From positions 32,001-96,000 of IMG/VR virus record IMGVR_UViG_3300030104_005320: a stretch of 64,000 nt of DNA; one strand, written 5' to 3'. Below the pieces are notes generated by a model. It saw only the letters and a program-made list of their open reading frames with translations, did not search any database and was not told the origin of the DNA. This document shows, in pieces, positions 48,329-58,893 of the stretch; positions within the stretch are counted from its first letter, which is position 1, and the number at the start of each line of letters is the position of its first letter. The position numbers were made by a program, and so were the translations under genes. Origin of the DNA: a virus.

Positions 48329-48734
48329 TTTCGTTCGCCCGGAAGACAATGCCTATAATTATTATAGAAACATAGGCAATTTTGCAAACGCAGTAATGGA
48401 CAGCGAGGCAAATGAAATAGTCTGTAAAGATTTCCTGTCTTCCTTTTCTTACGATGAAGTGCCCGCTCTTATGGACCTGATTTTAAAGAAAATGAGGATC
48501 AACTCCGAACTTACCATAGTTGAGCCTGATTTCTACCTTGCTTCAAAACATATATATAGAGGCGATATTCCTGTATCAGAGATTAATTCAAAACTTTTTG
48601 ACTCTAATTCGTTAAAATCAATTTTAACCATTTCAGATATTGAATCTCTCATAACTCCATCTTTTCAAGTTGTTTCAAAACACTTAGATGAAAACAGTTG
48701 TAGATTTGTTATAAAAGTTAGGAGATCTCAATGA
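48309..48734 (+). CDS. hypothetical protein (possible degenerate methyltransferase fold)
   Basis: EI...DFL.......LKKM...ELTIVEPD pattern; weak. Confidence 0.45.
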   Translation: MMKAYLSFVRPEDNAYNYYRNIGNFANAVMDSEANEIVCKDFLSSFSYDEVPALMDLILKKMRINSELTIVEPDFYLASKHIYRGDIPVSEINSKLFDSNSLKSILTISDIESLITPSFQVVSKHLDENSCRFVIKVRRSQ

Positions 48735-49531
48735 ACAAAGTAACAACAAAGTGTGAAGATTGTGTTTTCTCTAAGACAGAAAACGATAAACAAACCGGTT
48801 GCCAGCTAGGACGAGATGAGAAGTTGGGCGTGTCAGAGACGGCAGACGAGGGATATTTTATTCTAGAAAGATTTTGCAATACTTACCGGCCCGATCAATG
48901 GCTAGAAGATTTAAACTTTGAAGAGTCTATGGACACGAAGAAAACCGTGATGGACGAGATTGTTCCTAGAATTGGATTTTTTATACGTTTAGACACAGGA
49001 GATGAAACTCCAACCAATAGTGAACTAAATCATACCCTTCAGTCAATATCACAAATAGAACACGGGCCTCCAGCTTTTGTCGCCGTCATCAACGACAAAG
49101 TAGAATTTAATGAACTTATATGGTCTTTATTCTTAAAATATTTCGAAAACTCCACTACAAAATATCACATTGTTCAACTAAAAAACAAACCAGAAACAGA
49201 TATGAAGCATTTGGATGAAGCCTTTTCTCATGCTCAAAACGGATGGCTGTATTCGACAACCAGCGGAGAGTCTGTGCCAAAAGATGTTGTCAGCAAACTA
49301 CATAAAAATATAAACATAGACATGAAACAATTAATGTTGGTTGAGCCATATGATAACTACAACGGCCTCATGTTCCCTACATTTGTTTTTAAATTTTTAA
49401 AAGGGAATAGGTCTAAAATTTTTCAAGACGAGATGATGGATAGCCGTCCATTTTTAGAAAAAATGAAAGCCGCTGAAAAACGAGGAAATACAAAAACTAT
49501 TTTTAGCTGGGAGGAATTCAATGCTTCCTAA
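48731..49531 (+). CDS. hypothetical protein with N-terminal Cys cluster
   Basis: CEDCVF...GC...FC. Confidence 0.6.
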   Translation: MNKVTTKCEDCVFSKTENDKQTGCQLGRDEKLGVSETADEGYFILERFCNTYRPDQWLEDLNFEESMDTKKTVMDEIVPRIGFFIRLDTGDETPTNSELNHTLQSISQIEHGPPAFVAVINDKVEFNELIWSLFLKYFENSTTKYHIVQLKNKPETDMKHLDEAFSHAQNGWLYSTTSGESVPKDVVSKLHKNINIDMKQLMLVEPYDNYNGLMFPTFVFKFLKGNRSKIFQDEMMDSRPFLEKMKAAEKRGNTKTIFSWEEFNAS

Positions 49532-50258
49532 AGTAGCTATTATTTGTGCTAATTACAACTATGGAAATTTTGTCATAGACGCAGTAAAGAGTATTGAAAA
49601 TCAAACCTATAAAGGTCCAATAAGAATATATGTTGTAGATGACGGATCTTCGGACGACTCTTTGGAAAAACTGACATCATATTCTGAAGAAAAAAACGAC
49701 AAGGATAAGTATCACTTTATTAGAATAAAAAACTCTGGAGCAAGTGTCGCAAGGAATACAGCCATAAATGCGGCTTGGCACTGGGCAGATATTTTTGGTA
49801 TATTAGACTCGGACGACGCATATTACCCTGAAAAGATAGAAAAGCTAGTAGCCAAACTTGTCGAACATAAAGAAGTAGGAGTGGCATACGCTGACTACAA
49901 AAATGTATCTCCTGTTTTTTCTAAAAGAGAATTCAAAACCGCTTATGATAAAATAACCTTACTCCAAAGATGTATTGTTCACAGCAATTCGCTAATTAAA
50001 AAAGAATACTTAGAAAAAGTCAGACTACCAAACGGAGAGTTTTTTGACAGCAAGTTACACGGTCCAGCTAGCGAAGGGTTCATAGGATGCACAGAAGACT
50101 ATGATTTATGGCTTAGACTTTCTAATCATTGCATTATCACGCATGTTCCAGAATGTCTGGCTATAGCCAATCAACACGATAATAACCAGTCTAAAAAAAT
50201 GACTCCTGAAATATTCCAAAAAAACGCCCAAACCATAAGACAAAGAGCGGGTATTTAA
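49521..50258 (+). CDS. GT2 glycosyltransferase
   Basis: VVDDGSSD, NSGASVARN, LDSDD, EDYDLWLR. Confidence 0.92.
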   Translation: MLPKVAIICANYNYGNFVIDAVKSIENQTYKGPIRIYVVDDGSSDDSLEKLTSYSEEKNDKDKYHFIRIKNSGASVARNTAINAAWHWADIFGILDSDDAYYPEKIEKLVAKLVEHKEVGVAYADYKNVSPVFSKREFKTAYDKITLLQRCIVHSNSLIKKEYLEKVRLPNGEFFDSKLHGPASEGFIGCTEDYDLWLRLSNHCIITHVPECLAIANQHDNNQSKKMTPEIFQKNAQTIRQRAGI

Positions 50259-50968
50259 TGGCCAGATTTGTAACTAAAATAACAAACAAAAAAACACCGA
50301 CTTTTCTAAAGGGAGATCTGGCTGTTGCTATTCTTTCTGCCGGAAGTGGCAGCAGAATCAGATCTTACGAACCGAGAAGCCTACTTAAAATAGGAAACGA
50401 ATCTCTAATTGATCATCAAATTAAAACGGTCAATCAATGTTTTGAAGACCCTGAAATAATTAGTGTTATTGGCTGTCACGCAAAAAAAATAATAAAAAAG
50501 ACAAAAGGCAAAACACGTATAATAGAAAATCAACTACACGAAACTAGCAACTCTTCAGAGAGTTTGAGGCTAGCATTTAATAGCACGTTGAAAAAAAGTA
50601 TGCTTTTCATGCATGGAGATCTTTATTTCAACGAAGGCACACTAAAAACGCTAGACTACAGTAAGTCGTTTATTATAATAGATACCAAAAATCAAATGAA
50701 AGACAACGAAGTAGGTGTAACAATATCAGAGGGTAGTGCCGCAATAATGTCTTACGGCCTACCAACTAAATGGGCACAGATAGCCTTTTTGACAGGAAGA
50801 GAATATAAAATATTAAAAAATATTTTTAACAAATATGAAACGCATGATAAAAAGAAATTGTCTTTTGAGATTATAAATATGATTATTAACATGGGTGGCA
50901 AGTTTTCGTGTCACGAACCGGAAAAAATGTCTATAGTCGAAATAGACAGAATAAAGGATATTAAATGA
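50258..50968 (+). CDS. sugar/choline-phosphate nucleotidyltransferase (NTP_transf)
   Basis: ILSAGSGSRI...PRSLL, HGDL, EID...D. Confidence 0.75.
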   Translation: MARFVTKITNKKTPTFLKGDLAVAILSAGSGSRIRSYEPRSLLKIGNESLIDHQIKTVNQCFEDPEIISVIGCHAKKIIKKTKGKTRIIENQLHETSNSSESLRLAFNSTLKKSMLFMHGDLYFNEGTLKTLDYSKSFIIIDTKNQMKDNEVGVTISEGSAAIMSYGLPTKWAQIAFLTGREYKILKNIFNKYETHDKKKLSFEIINMIINMGGKFSCHEPEKMSIVEIDRIKDIK

Positions 50969-52002
50969 AAATACTGATTTCTAGTGATGGCCTACATGCA
51001 CACTTTTACCAAAGGTCAGCTTGGATAAATGCTTTTGAAGCGTGCGGCATACAGACTTATTTTTGGGACTGCAAACAAGTTCCTGCATTCGATGTTTTCG
51101 ACGCTTTCGAACCGGATTTGTTTTTAGGACAGTCTTACAACCTAACTCCCGATTTAATAAAGTGTATATACGAAAGACCGCATCTCAAAGTGGGCCTCCG
51201 TTCAGGAGACTGGGGAGATCAAGAAAAAGAAGTAGATAAAACCAAATACAATATACTATATTGCTCTGAACAAGAAAAGCAGATTTTAAAAAAGCTAAAA
51301 GAAGAGACTGGACAGCCAGAGTTTGTTCACATTCATTACAACGATGAAGAAATCCAAAGAACACACAATCATTTTGAAACTATAGGGATTAAGCCAGTGT
51401 CGATTATGATGTGTGCGGACACGACGATATATAACGATGCGGAGCCACAAGAAGATCTGAGGTGCGACATAGGATTTGTTGGCGGGTATTGGCCATATAA
51501 AGGTCAAGTTATAAATGAATATCTTTTTCCTATGCTTGATTCATTTAAGTACAAGGTTAAAATATTTGGCAACAGTCCTTGGCCAGCAAACCAATACTGC
51601 GGAGTGATCGATGACGACCAATTAAAAGATTTATTTGTATCGGCTAAAATATGTCCAAATTTAAGTGAGCCACATGCACAAAAATTTGGTATTGATGTAA
51701 ACGAAAGAATATTTAAAATACTCTGCTCTGGCGGATTCTGTATATCTGATTATGTTAAATCTTATGAGATGTTTGGAGACGGGGTTGTCCTAGCGAAAAC
51801 TCCAGAAGATTTTAGAGATAAAATAAAATACTACCTAGAAAACCATAATGAGCGTGTTATTATTAGCAAAAGAGGGCAACAATACGTAAGACAAAACCAC
51901 ACAGGATTTCACAGAGTTTCTAAGCTTCTAAAATCCTTTGGATATGAAGATCTGTCTAATAACATTATTGAAAAATACAAGGAATTGATTAATGAGAACT
52001 AA
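50965..52002 (+). CDS. GT-B glycosyltransferase (CgeB-like)
   Basis: DIGFVGG, KICPNL, NERIFKILCSGGFCISD, HT..HR. Confidence 0.8.
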   Translation: MKILISSDGLHAHFYQRSAWINAFEACGIQTYFWDCKQVPAFDVFDAFEPDLFLGQSYNLTPDLIKCIYERPHLKVGLRSGDWGDQEKEVDKTKYNILYCSEQEKQILKKLKEETGQPEFVHIHYNDEEIQRTHNHFETIGIKPVSIMMCADTTIYNDAEPQEDLRCDIGFVGGYWPYKGQVINEYLFPMLDSFKYKVKIFGNSPWPANQYCGVIDDDQLKDLFVSAKICPNLSEPHAQKFGIDVNERIFKILCSGGFCISDYVKSYEMFGDGVVLAKTPEDFRDKIKYYLENHNERVIISKRGQQYVRQNHTGFHRVSKLLKSFGYEDLSNNIIEKYKELINEN

Positions 52003-52960
52003 AGTTTTGGTCACTGGTGCTAATGGTTTTTTAGGCAAAGCCGTGTGTAAAAACATTAGAAACGTCAATAAGTATAAAGTGCTGCCCTTGCATGGTAAAT
52101 CTGAATGGGATTTGACAAAACAAAAATATGTAGACTATGCCCTTCAACAATATGAACCCGATGTTGTTGTTCATCTGGCCGCTACGGTAGGAGGCATAGG
52201 TGCAAATAAAGAAAATCCCGGCCTATTTATGTATGATAATTTGTGTATGGGTATGAATCTGATAGAATCCTGTAGAAAATATGGCAAGTTAAAAAAGTTT
52301 GTCATGGTTGGAACCGTATGTGCTTATCCAAAATTTACCCCAGTTCCATTTAAAGAGTCGGATCTTTGGAACGGCTACCCCGAAGAAACTAATGCACCTT
52401 ATGGTATTGCTAAAAAGGCTCTTATGGAACTACTGATAGCCTATAAGTCGCAATACAATTTCAATGCTGTTAATTTAATACCAGTAAATATGTATGGACC
52501 TAACGATAACTTCAATCCAGAAATAAGCCATGTCATACCGGCCTTGATTTTAAAAATAGATAGAGCTATGCATGTGGGCAAAAAAGAAATAGAGCTATGG
52601 GGAACGGGAGAAGCTAGTAGAGAATTTTTGTATGTTGACGATTGTGCGGAGGCGATTACCAAGTCTATAGAGGCGGAAGTTGATCCAAGCCCCATAAACA
52701 TAGGAACAGGAAAAGAAATCAAAATAAAAGATTTAATTACCAGACTTGCAAAACTCATGGGGTATGCAGGGGACATAAAATTTAATTCTGATCTTCCCGA
52801 TGGCCAGCCAAGAAGATGTTTAGACACTAAAAAAGCAACTGAAGAACTTGGATTTACTGCAAAGACAAGCCTTCATGAAGGATTAAAAAATACCGTAAGT
52901 TGGTACTACAATAACAAGGAACAGTATAAATTCAATGATTACTTCGATTATATTCAGTAA
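51992..52960 (+). CDS. fcl: GDP-L-fucose synthase
   Basis: TGANGFLG, AATVGGIGAN, VCAYPK, YGIAK, WGTGEASREFLYVDD, PDGQPRR. Confidence 0.93.
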   Translation: MRTKVLVTGANGFLGKAVCKNIRNVNKYKVLPLHGKSEWDLTKQKYVDYALQQYEPDVVVHLAATVGGIGANKENPGLFMYDNLCMGMNLIESCRKYGKLKKFVMVGTVCAYPKFTPVPFKESDLWNGYPEETNAPYGIAKKALMELLIAYKSQYNFNAVNLIPVNMYGPNDNFNPEISHVIPALILKIDRAMHVGKKEIELWGTGEASREFLYVDDCAEAITKSIEAEVDPSPINIGTGKEIKIKDLITRLAKLMGYAGDIKFNSDLPDGQPRRCLDTKKATEELGFTAKTSLHEGLKNTVSWYYNNKEQYKFNDYFDYIQ

Positions 52961-53774
52961 AGATAGACCTCTACAGCTAGATCTATGTTTAAAAAGTCTA
53001 AATAAAAATTTTCCTGATTCTGAAAACTTAGTCATTTATAATAACTCTTCTGAGTTTGTAGAGTCATATGAAATTCTAAAATCAGAGCATTCTCAGGTTG
53101 AATATTGGCCGCAGAGCAATTCTCTTTTTTCAGATATATACTTAGCGGCACAAAGCTCGGATAATGATTATATTTGCTTTTTTACAGACGATGATATCTT
53201 TTATAAAAAGTGTCTTCCTATAAGACAAGACATATTAGATAATAAAGATGTCATGTGTCTCTCATTAAGGATGGGGGCTAATATTAATCAAAGATCCCAT
53301 GAAGGTAATATTTTTCAAGACGTAGCCGCCGAGATGTATCAATTAGACGAAAACACGATATGCTGGAATAAAACTAGAAATGCCTATGGCTCCTATTGGT
53401 CGTATTCTTTGTCTGTAGACGGTCACATATTTAGGAAGCAAGACATCTTAGATATTTTTGACGAAATGAACTACCTGAACGAGAGATATAGATGGACACA
53501 AACCCCAAATACAATAGAGTCAATTATGCAAAGATTCTGGACAACTACTCCACCTATGATGGCTTCTTTTCCGCATAGCGTTGTTGTCAATAGTCCAAAT
53601 AACAGGGTGCAAGACAGCCATCTCGCCAATAAATCTGGCGAAGTTTACGACTATACATCAAAAGATCTTTTAGAAAAATACATGCAGGGATCAAGAATAA
53701 ATATTGACAATCTTGACTTTGGTGAAATAAAATGCCCACACACAGAAATTGATATTATCAAAGGATTAGAATGA
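52935..53774 (+). CDS. GT2-like glycosyltransferase
   Basis: IIFSKDRPLQLD, FTDDD. Confidence 0.7.
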   Translation: MITSIIFSKDRPLQLDLCLKSLNKNFPDSENLVIYNNSSEFVESYEILKSEHSQVEYWPQSNSLFSDIYLAAQSSDNDYICFFTDDDIFYKKCLPIRQDILDNKDVMCLSLRMGANINQRSHEGNIFQDVAAEMYQLDENTICWNKTRNAYGSYWSYSLSVDGHIFRKQDILDIFDEMNYLNERYRWTQTPNTIESIMQRFWTTTPPMMASFPHSVVVNSPNNRVQDSHLANKSGEVYDYTSKDLLEKYMQGSRINIDNLDFGEIKCPHTEIDIIKGLE

Positions 53775-54391
53775 TATTTAGTATTGCAAAAATAAATAAA
53801 GCGTTTCCAATCACTGGAGCAATTCATGTTGGTGCTTTTGCCGGAGAAGAACTTGGTCACTATAGAAGCTTAGGGCTTACAAACACTGTAATGTTTGAGC
53901 CGCAAAAAAATTTGTATGATCGACTTCTTCCAAAAATGATATTAGATGAAAAAATACACAACGTGGCACTTGGGTCTTCCTGTGGCACTATGGATATGTA
54001 CATATCTCACAGAGAGGGAGGCATAGAAATGGGATCTGGTGCCTCTAGTTCTTTGTTAAAACCTAAAGTGCATCTCCAAGAACATCCGGAAGTTACATTT
54101 CCAGAAGTACAAAAAGTAGAAGTTAAAACTCTAGACGAATATTATGACGAGAACTATAACTTTTTAAACATAGATGTTCAAGGTTATGAGCTAGAGGTTT
54201 TGAAGGGCGGTGTAAAAACCTTAAACAATATTCAAGCAATGGTGGTAGAGGTTAACAGAGATGAAGTATATGAAGGTTGTCCGCAATTAGAGGACATTAC
54301 CGAATTTCTATCTCCTCTTGGCTTTACAATGGTAGACATAGCATGGCAATCTAAAAGCTGGGGAGACGCTATATATGCAAAAACAAAATAA
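53771..54391 (+). CDS. FkbM-family methyltransferase
   Basis: IHVGAFAGEE, FEP, SSLL, IDVQGYELEVLKG, WGDA. Confidence 0.9.
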   Translation: MIFSIAKINKAFPITGAIHVGAFAGEELGHYRSLGLTNTVMFEPQKNLYDRLLPKMILDEKIHNVALGSSCGTMDMYISHREGGIEMGSGASSSLLKPKVHLQEHPEVTFPEVQKVEVKTLDEYYDENYNFLNIDVQGYELEVLKGGVKTLNNIQAMVVEVNRDEVYEGCPQLEDITEFLSPLGFTMVDIAWQSKSWGDAIYAKTK

Positions 54392-55133
54392 TATTAGTAT
54401 TGTGACTGGAACTCTTAACAGGGTTGAATATCTTGAAGCTCTTGTTGCCAACACCGTAGAGTCGGATAGCAGATTAGAGCTTGTATTGGTTGATGGAGGA
54501 AGCACAGACGGAACAATTGAGTTTATAGAGAATTTTATAAACCATCCAAGAATTAAACTTATTAAATATGGAAAGCGTAGCCCTTATCCCCATTATATGA
54601 ATCTGGGAATACAAAACGCATCGTGTGAATTGGTATGCCAGTGGAATGATGACGTTATTATGACTAGTCTTGGCTGGCAGAAAGTTTTTAACTCCATAGA
54701 CGATGAACACGACGCATATCTATTTAACTGGAAAGAGGGCAACTTTCCAGATACGATTGATGCTCAATGGCTAAAGTGCGACCACATGAGAGACAACGGA
54801 TGGATCATATGCAACAATGCCGACTACACATATCCACAAATGGTCGGAGAGCGAAGAGGCGAAGTTGTCATGAACTACGGCATTTATAAAAAGGACATAT
54901 TTAGAAAACATGGCCTATACGATAAAGGCTACCGCTATTACTGTGCAGACGGCGAAATGGCGATGCGTGCATACTATCAAGGCTGTAAATTTAAGTCGTT
55001 GATCGATGTCAAAGTTTGTGTGCTTCCGGCAGAGAAAAGAGCGATAATGTACAATGAAGATATACAAAGATACAATAAAGATTGTCAAAACTATGTTAAC
55101 GGAAAATTTGAAAAGGAATATGAATACCTATGA
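54375..55133 (+). CDS. GT2 glycosyltransferase
   Basis: LVDGGSTDGT, MNLG, NDD, YCADGE. Confidence 0.85.
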   Translation: MQKQNNISIVTGTLNRVEYLEALVANTVESDSRLELVLVDGGSTDGTIEFIENFINHPRIKLIKYGKRSPYPHYMNLGIQNASCELVCQWNDDVIMTSLGWQKVFNSIDDEHDAYLFNWKEGNFPDTIDAQWLKCDHMRDNGWIICNNADYTYPQMVGERRGEVVMNYGIYKKDIFRKHGLYDKGYRYYCADGEMAMRAYYQGCKFKSLIDVKVCVLPAEKRAIMYNEDIQRYNKDCQNYVNGKFEKEYEYL

Positions 55134-55852
55134 GAAAATACATTTCATTTACGCTATATGGAGACAACCCCAAATATGTAGAAGGGATGCACCGAAACAT
55201 AGAAATGAAAGATGAATTTTATCCAGATTGGGATATCATTATATTTCACGATGACAGCGTTGCACCGGAAGTTTTAGAAACACTTTCTCAAAATGCAGAA
55301 CTTAGAAACATGACAGACTCTGGAATTTTAGCTGCTAGCTGGAGGTTCTGTGTAATAGATGAACCGGATGTGGAAAGGTTTATTGTTAGAGATTCTGATT
55401 CTAGGTTTTCTGCTAGAGAAGCAGCAGCCGTTCAAGAATGGGAACAAGAAGACACTAGGCTGCACATCATGAGAGATCATCCCCATCATGGATATGTTAT
55501 TCTTGGAGGAATGTGGGGCGTAAAAGTAGACAGGGAATTCGAAAATGCCAACCTTAGAGATATTCTCCTATATTATCAAGGGGGAGCAGTTGAAGATATG
55601 ACTAATAGAGAGCATTGGTCAATGACAGATATGAATTTCTTGAGAGATGCGGTCTATCCTCACTCAGCTCTAGAAGAAGGAAACTCTACGATACATGCGG
55701 CTACAGATTATATGCACAAAGTTTCTTGGCAAAACGAACCTTGGTCAAAGGATTTTCCAACCCCTAGAAACGCCGATAAAAACTTTGTAGGAGAAATATT
55801 TGATTTTGTAAATGGAGAAGAAGTTAGAGGGCCGCAATATGCGGAGCTTTAG
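55130..55852 (+). CDS. glycosyltransferase-like protein
   Basis: ISFTLYG..PKY, WRF, RDSDSR, MRDHPHH..ILGGMWG. Confidence 0.6.
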   Translation: MRKYISFTLYGDNPKYVEGMHRNIEMKDEFYPDWDIIIFHDDSVAPEVLETLSQNAELRNMTDSGILAASWRFCVIDEPDVERFIVRDSDSRFSAREAAAVQEWEQEDTRLHIMRDHPHHGYVILGGMWGVKVDREFENANLRDILLYYQGGAVEDMTNREHWSMTDMNFLRDAVYPHSALEEGNSTIHAATDYMHKVSWQNEPWSKDFPTPRNADKNFVGEIFDFVNGEEVRGPQYAEL

Positions 55853-56296
55853 ATGAGATTAATAGCACACAGAGGGAACAGATGGGGTGCAGAGACACAT
55901 CTAGAAAACACGCCAGAGTATATAGAACAGGCAATAGATCAAGGCTTTGATGCGGAGATTGATATAAGCCTAACAGACTCTGGATTCGTGATCGGTCATG
56001 ACGACAAAAAAGTAGAAGTCGATATTAACTGGATACTGGACAACGCACGATATCTTTGGCTCCACTGCAAAAATCTAAAAGCACTTTTTGGCTTGCGTGG
56101 ATACCCTGATCTTAATTATTTTTGGCATCAAGAAGATGACTTCACGCTAACTAGCCAATCGATAATTTGGACTTATCCAAATAAACCAGTCACCAGTAAA
56201 AGCGTTATAGTTTGCGAAAGTCTCGCAGAATGTCAAAACTATATTTCAAAAAAGGCTTACGGTATTTGTTCGGATTATGTTGGACTTATTAAATGA
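55853..56296 (+). CDS. glycerophosphodiester phosphodiesterase-like protein (short)
   Basis: IAHRGN, ENT, EIDI, GHD, GICSD. Confidence 0.75.
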   Translation: MRLIAHRGNRWGAETHLENTPEYIEQAIDQGFDAEIDISLTDSGFVIGHDDKKVEVDINWILDNARYLWLHCKNLKALFGLRGYPDLNYFWHQEDDFTLTSQSIIWTYPNKPVTSKSVIVCESLAECQNYISKKAYGICSDYVGLIK

Positions 56297-57051
56297 AAAT
56301 ATTAGTAGTAGGCGATAGTTGTATAGATCAGTATGTATATGGAGAGTGCGAAAGGCTTTGTCCTGAAGGTCCGGTGCCCATCTTAGCAGAACAAGACCGA
56401 ACGGAAGCACCGGGGATGGCCGGAAACACACATAGAAATATGTTAGCGTTTTGTCCTGATGCGGAACTGATGTCTAATAATTATTTAGAAATTATAAAGA
56501 CTAGATTTGTTGACAGTAAAACAAATCAACTATTGCTCAGAGTAGATATTAACGACACTGCACAAAGAATATCCAAAGAAGATATTGAAGAAATATGCGA
56601 ACAGAATTATGATCTACTGGTTGTTTCCGACTACTGTAAAGGATTTTTACAAGATTCAGATCTAATTAAAATTACATGCAATTGCAAGCTCGCCGTTCTT
56701 GACACAAAGAGAAAACTGACTACCGAGATGTTGGATGCCTACGACTTTGTTAAAGTTAACGAGATTGAGTACGAAAGAAACAAAGATATCATAGAATCTC
56801 TCGCCGACAATTCAAAAATAATAATAACTTTAGGCGGCAAGGGGGTAAAGTTTATGGACAACATATTTCCTCCTCCGGCTGTTTTGCAAACGTTTGATGT
56901 GTCTGGTGCCGGAGATGTCTTCACCGCCTCCCTTGCTTACAAGCTATGTAGCCAAGAGCCTGTTGATGAATCTATAAGATTTGCACAGGAGTGCTGCAAT
57001 AAAGTGATACAAAAGAAAGGGACATGCATTTATGAAAAAGATATGGACTAA
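56293..57051 (+). CDS. heptose-7-phosphate kinase (HldE/RfaE domain I, PfkB family)
   Basis: VVGD..ID.Y.YG..RLCPEGPVP, KTRF, SDYCKG, DVSGAGD. Confidence 0.85.
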   Translation: MKILVVGDSCIDQYVYGECERLCPEGPVPILAEQDRTEAPGMAGNTHRNMLAFCPDAELMSNNYLEIIKTRFVDSKTNQLLLRVDINDTAQRISKEDIEEICEQNYDLLVVSDYCKGFLQDSDLIKITCNCKLAVLDTKRKLTTEMLDAYDFVKVNEIEYERNKDIIESLADNSKIIITLGGKGVKFMDNIFPPPAVLQTFDVSGAGDVFTASLAYKLCSQEPVDESIRFAQECCNKVIQKKGTCIYEKDMD

Positions 57052-57418
57052 TGGATGTTTTGACATACTGCATGTGGGACATATCGAACTTTTTAAATAC
57101 GCTAAATCTCTAGGCGAATATTTAACAGTTGGTATAGATTCAGACAAACGAGTCTCTGAGCTAAAGGGACAAAACAGACCTATAAATGATGAAAATTCCA
57201 GAAAAAAAATGTTATCTAGCATTAGGTGGGTTGATAATGTGGTAGTATTTAGTGATGAAAAAGAACTTTCTGATTCGGTTCAGAAACACGCAGACATAAT
57301 TGTAGTAGGCTCAGACTATAAGAACAAAAGAGTAATTGGTTCTGAATGGGCAGATGTTGTGTTTTTTGATAAAATAAAAGGCTACTCAACTACAAAAACT
57401 ATTGAAAGAATAAAATGA
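57032..57418 (+). CDS. heptose-1-phosphate adenylyltransferase (HldE/RfaE domain II)
   Basis: TNGCFDILHVGH, KGQNRPIN, GSDY, YSTT. Confidence 0.9.
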   Translation: MKKIWTNGCFDILHVGHIELFKYAKSLGEYLTVGIDSDKRVSELKGQNRPINDENSRKKMLSSIRWVDNVVVFSDEKELSDSVQKHADIIVVGSDYKNKRVIGSEWADVVFFDKIKGYSTTKTIERIK

Positions 57419-57777
57419 AGTTTGTTAATAAAGAATGGGGCTATGAAATTTGGATTGAAAACAATAAAGATTATTGTGGTAAACATCTTCATGTGTTACC
57501 CAAAAAATGGTGCTCGATACATTATCATATAAACAAAAAAGAAACCTTTTACATAATAAAGGGCGAACTATTGTTGGAATACGCACCCTTGGACTCCACG
57601 CTTAAAGACGACTGGGAAAAGGTTCGCAAAATCAAAATACTCAAAGAAGGCGAGTCCATGACACTGCCAACAGGAATAGTGCATACTTTTACAAGCAACA
57701 CATCTCGTCCTTGTGACTTCATAGAGGTTTCTACTTTCCACGAGGACTCTGATTCCATAAGGATAGGCAAAAAATGA
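57415..57777 (+). CDS. cupin sugar isomerase-like protein
   Basis: KEWGYE, SIHYH..KKETF, H.F, EVST. Confidence 0.75.
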   Translation: MKFVNKEWGYEIWIENNKDYCGKHLHVLPKKWCSIHYHINKKETFYIIKGELLLEYAPLDSTLKDDWEKVRKIKILKEGESMTLPTGIVHTFTSNTSRPCDFIEVSTFHEDSDSIRIGKK

Positions 57778-58433
57778 AAGATATTGTTTTTGTCGGTCAT
57801 TTAGGGCTTGGCGATCATATAATAACTCAGGGCATTATCAACCTGCTGGCCCCTAAGTACAAAAACATATGGATTCCTGTTAAGCAGCATAACATATCTT
57901 CAGTTGCACATATGTGCAGGGATTTAAAAAACATATCCTATATCCCCTGCTCTACGGATGAAGACTTAGATCATTTAGTGTTTTCTGGAGATTTGAAAGA
58001 AATACTTTGCGTCGGCCATAGGAACCCAACATGGCATCAAAGAGACACAGTGAATTTTGATAAATATTTTTATCGGCAAATAAATATAGACTTTAACGAA
58101 TCTTACAACTGGATTCCACAAGACGGTTTAGAGTGCGAAAAAATAAACAAACTAATTCCAGATGAGCCATTTTGCTTTGTTCACGACGATGAGTCTAGAA
58201 ATTATAAAATCAATCCAAGCACAAATTTAAAACAGATTAGAAACTCTGTAACTGCGGATACTATATTCGACTATCTTCCGCTGATAAGACAGGCGACAGA
58301 AATTCACTGCATGGATAGCTGTTTTGCTCTTATGATAGAGAGGGCGGGTATAGATTGTAAAAAATATATGTATTCCAATCTTCGTACTTCTGAGGTTCTT
58401 GCAACTTATAAAAATGGATGGGAATTTGTTTAA
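57774..58433 (+). CDS. glycosyltransferase-like protein
   Basis: HLGLGDHI, FVHDD, EIHCMDS. Confidence 0.5.
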   Translation: MKDIVFVGHLGLGDHIITQGIINLLAPKYKNIWIPVKQHNISSVAHMCRDLKNISYIPCSTDEDLDHLVFSGDLKEILCVGHRNPTWHQRDTVNFDKYFYRQINIDFNESYNWIPQDGLECEKINKLIPDEPFCFVHDDESRNYKINPSTNLKQIRNSVTADTIFDYLPLIRQATEIHCMDSCFALMIERAGIDCKKYMYSNLRTSEVLATYKNGWEFV

Positions 58434-58893
58434 ATTATTAATATTAGATATTGATGGAGTTATGACCAACGGCACTAAGCTTTATGACACGGAAGGCAAC
58501 GTTACTCACAAGTCCTTCTATGATCATGACTTTACTGCCATCAAAAGATTCATCATGGAGGGAGTAAATGTTTGTTTTTTATCTGGGGACGAAAGGGTCA
58601 ACCGACAAATGTCTAAACGTAGAAACATAGACTATTATCACAACCCAAAAGGCCACGATAAAAGCGAATATTTAGAACAGATATGTAAAAACTACGATTG
58701 TACACTTCAAGAGACGGCTTTTGTTGGAGATGATATATATGACCTACAGGCCATGAACGAAGTAGCGTATCCGTTCTGTCCTTGTGACGCAACAGAAGAT
58801 GTGTCTAATTTTTGTGGCCTAAATGGACATGTCTTGGAATCCAAAGGCGGCGAAGGTGTAGTTAAGGAACTTTATACGTATGTATACCAATAA
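58399..58893 (+). CDS. kdsC: KdsC-like HAD phosphatase
   Basis: LDIDGVMT.G, FVGDDIYD, GGEGVVKE. Confidence 0.8.
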   Translation: MQLIKMDGNLFKLLILDIDGVMTNGTKLYDTEGNVTHKSFYDHDFTAIKRFIMEGVNVCFLSGDERVNRQMSKRRNIDYYHNPKGHDKSEYLEQICKNYDCTLQETAFVGDDIYDLQAMNEVAYPFCPCDATEDVSNFCGLNGHVLESKGGEGVVKELYTYVYQ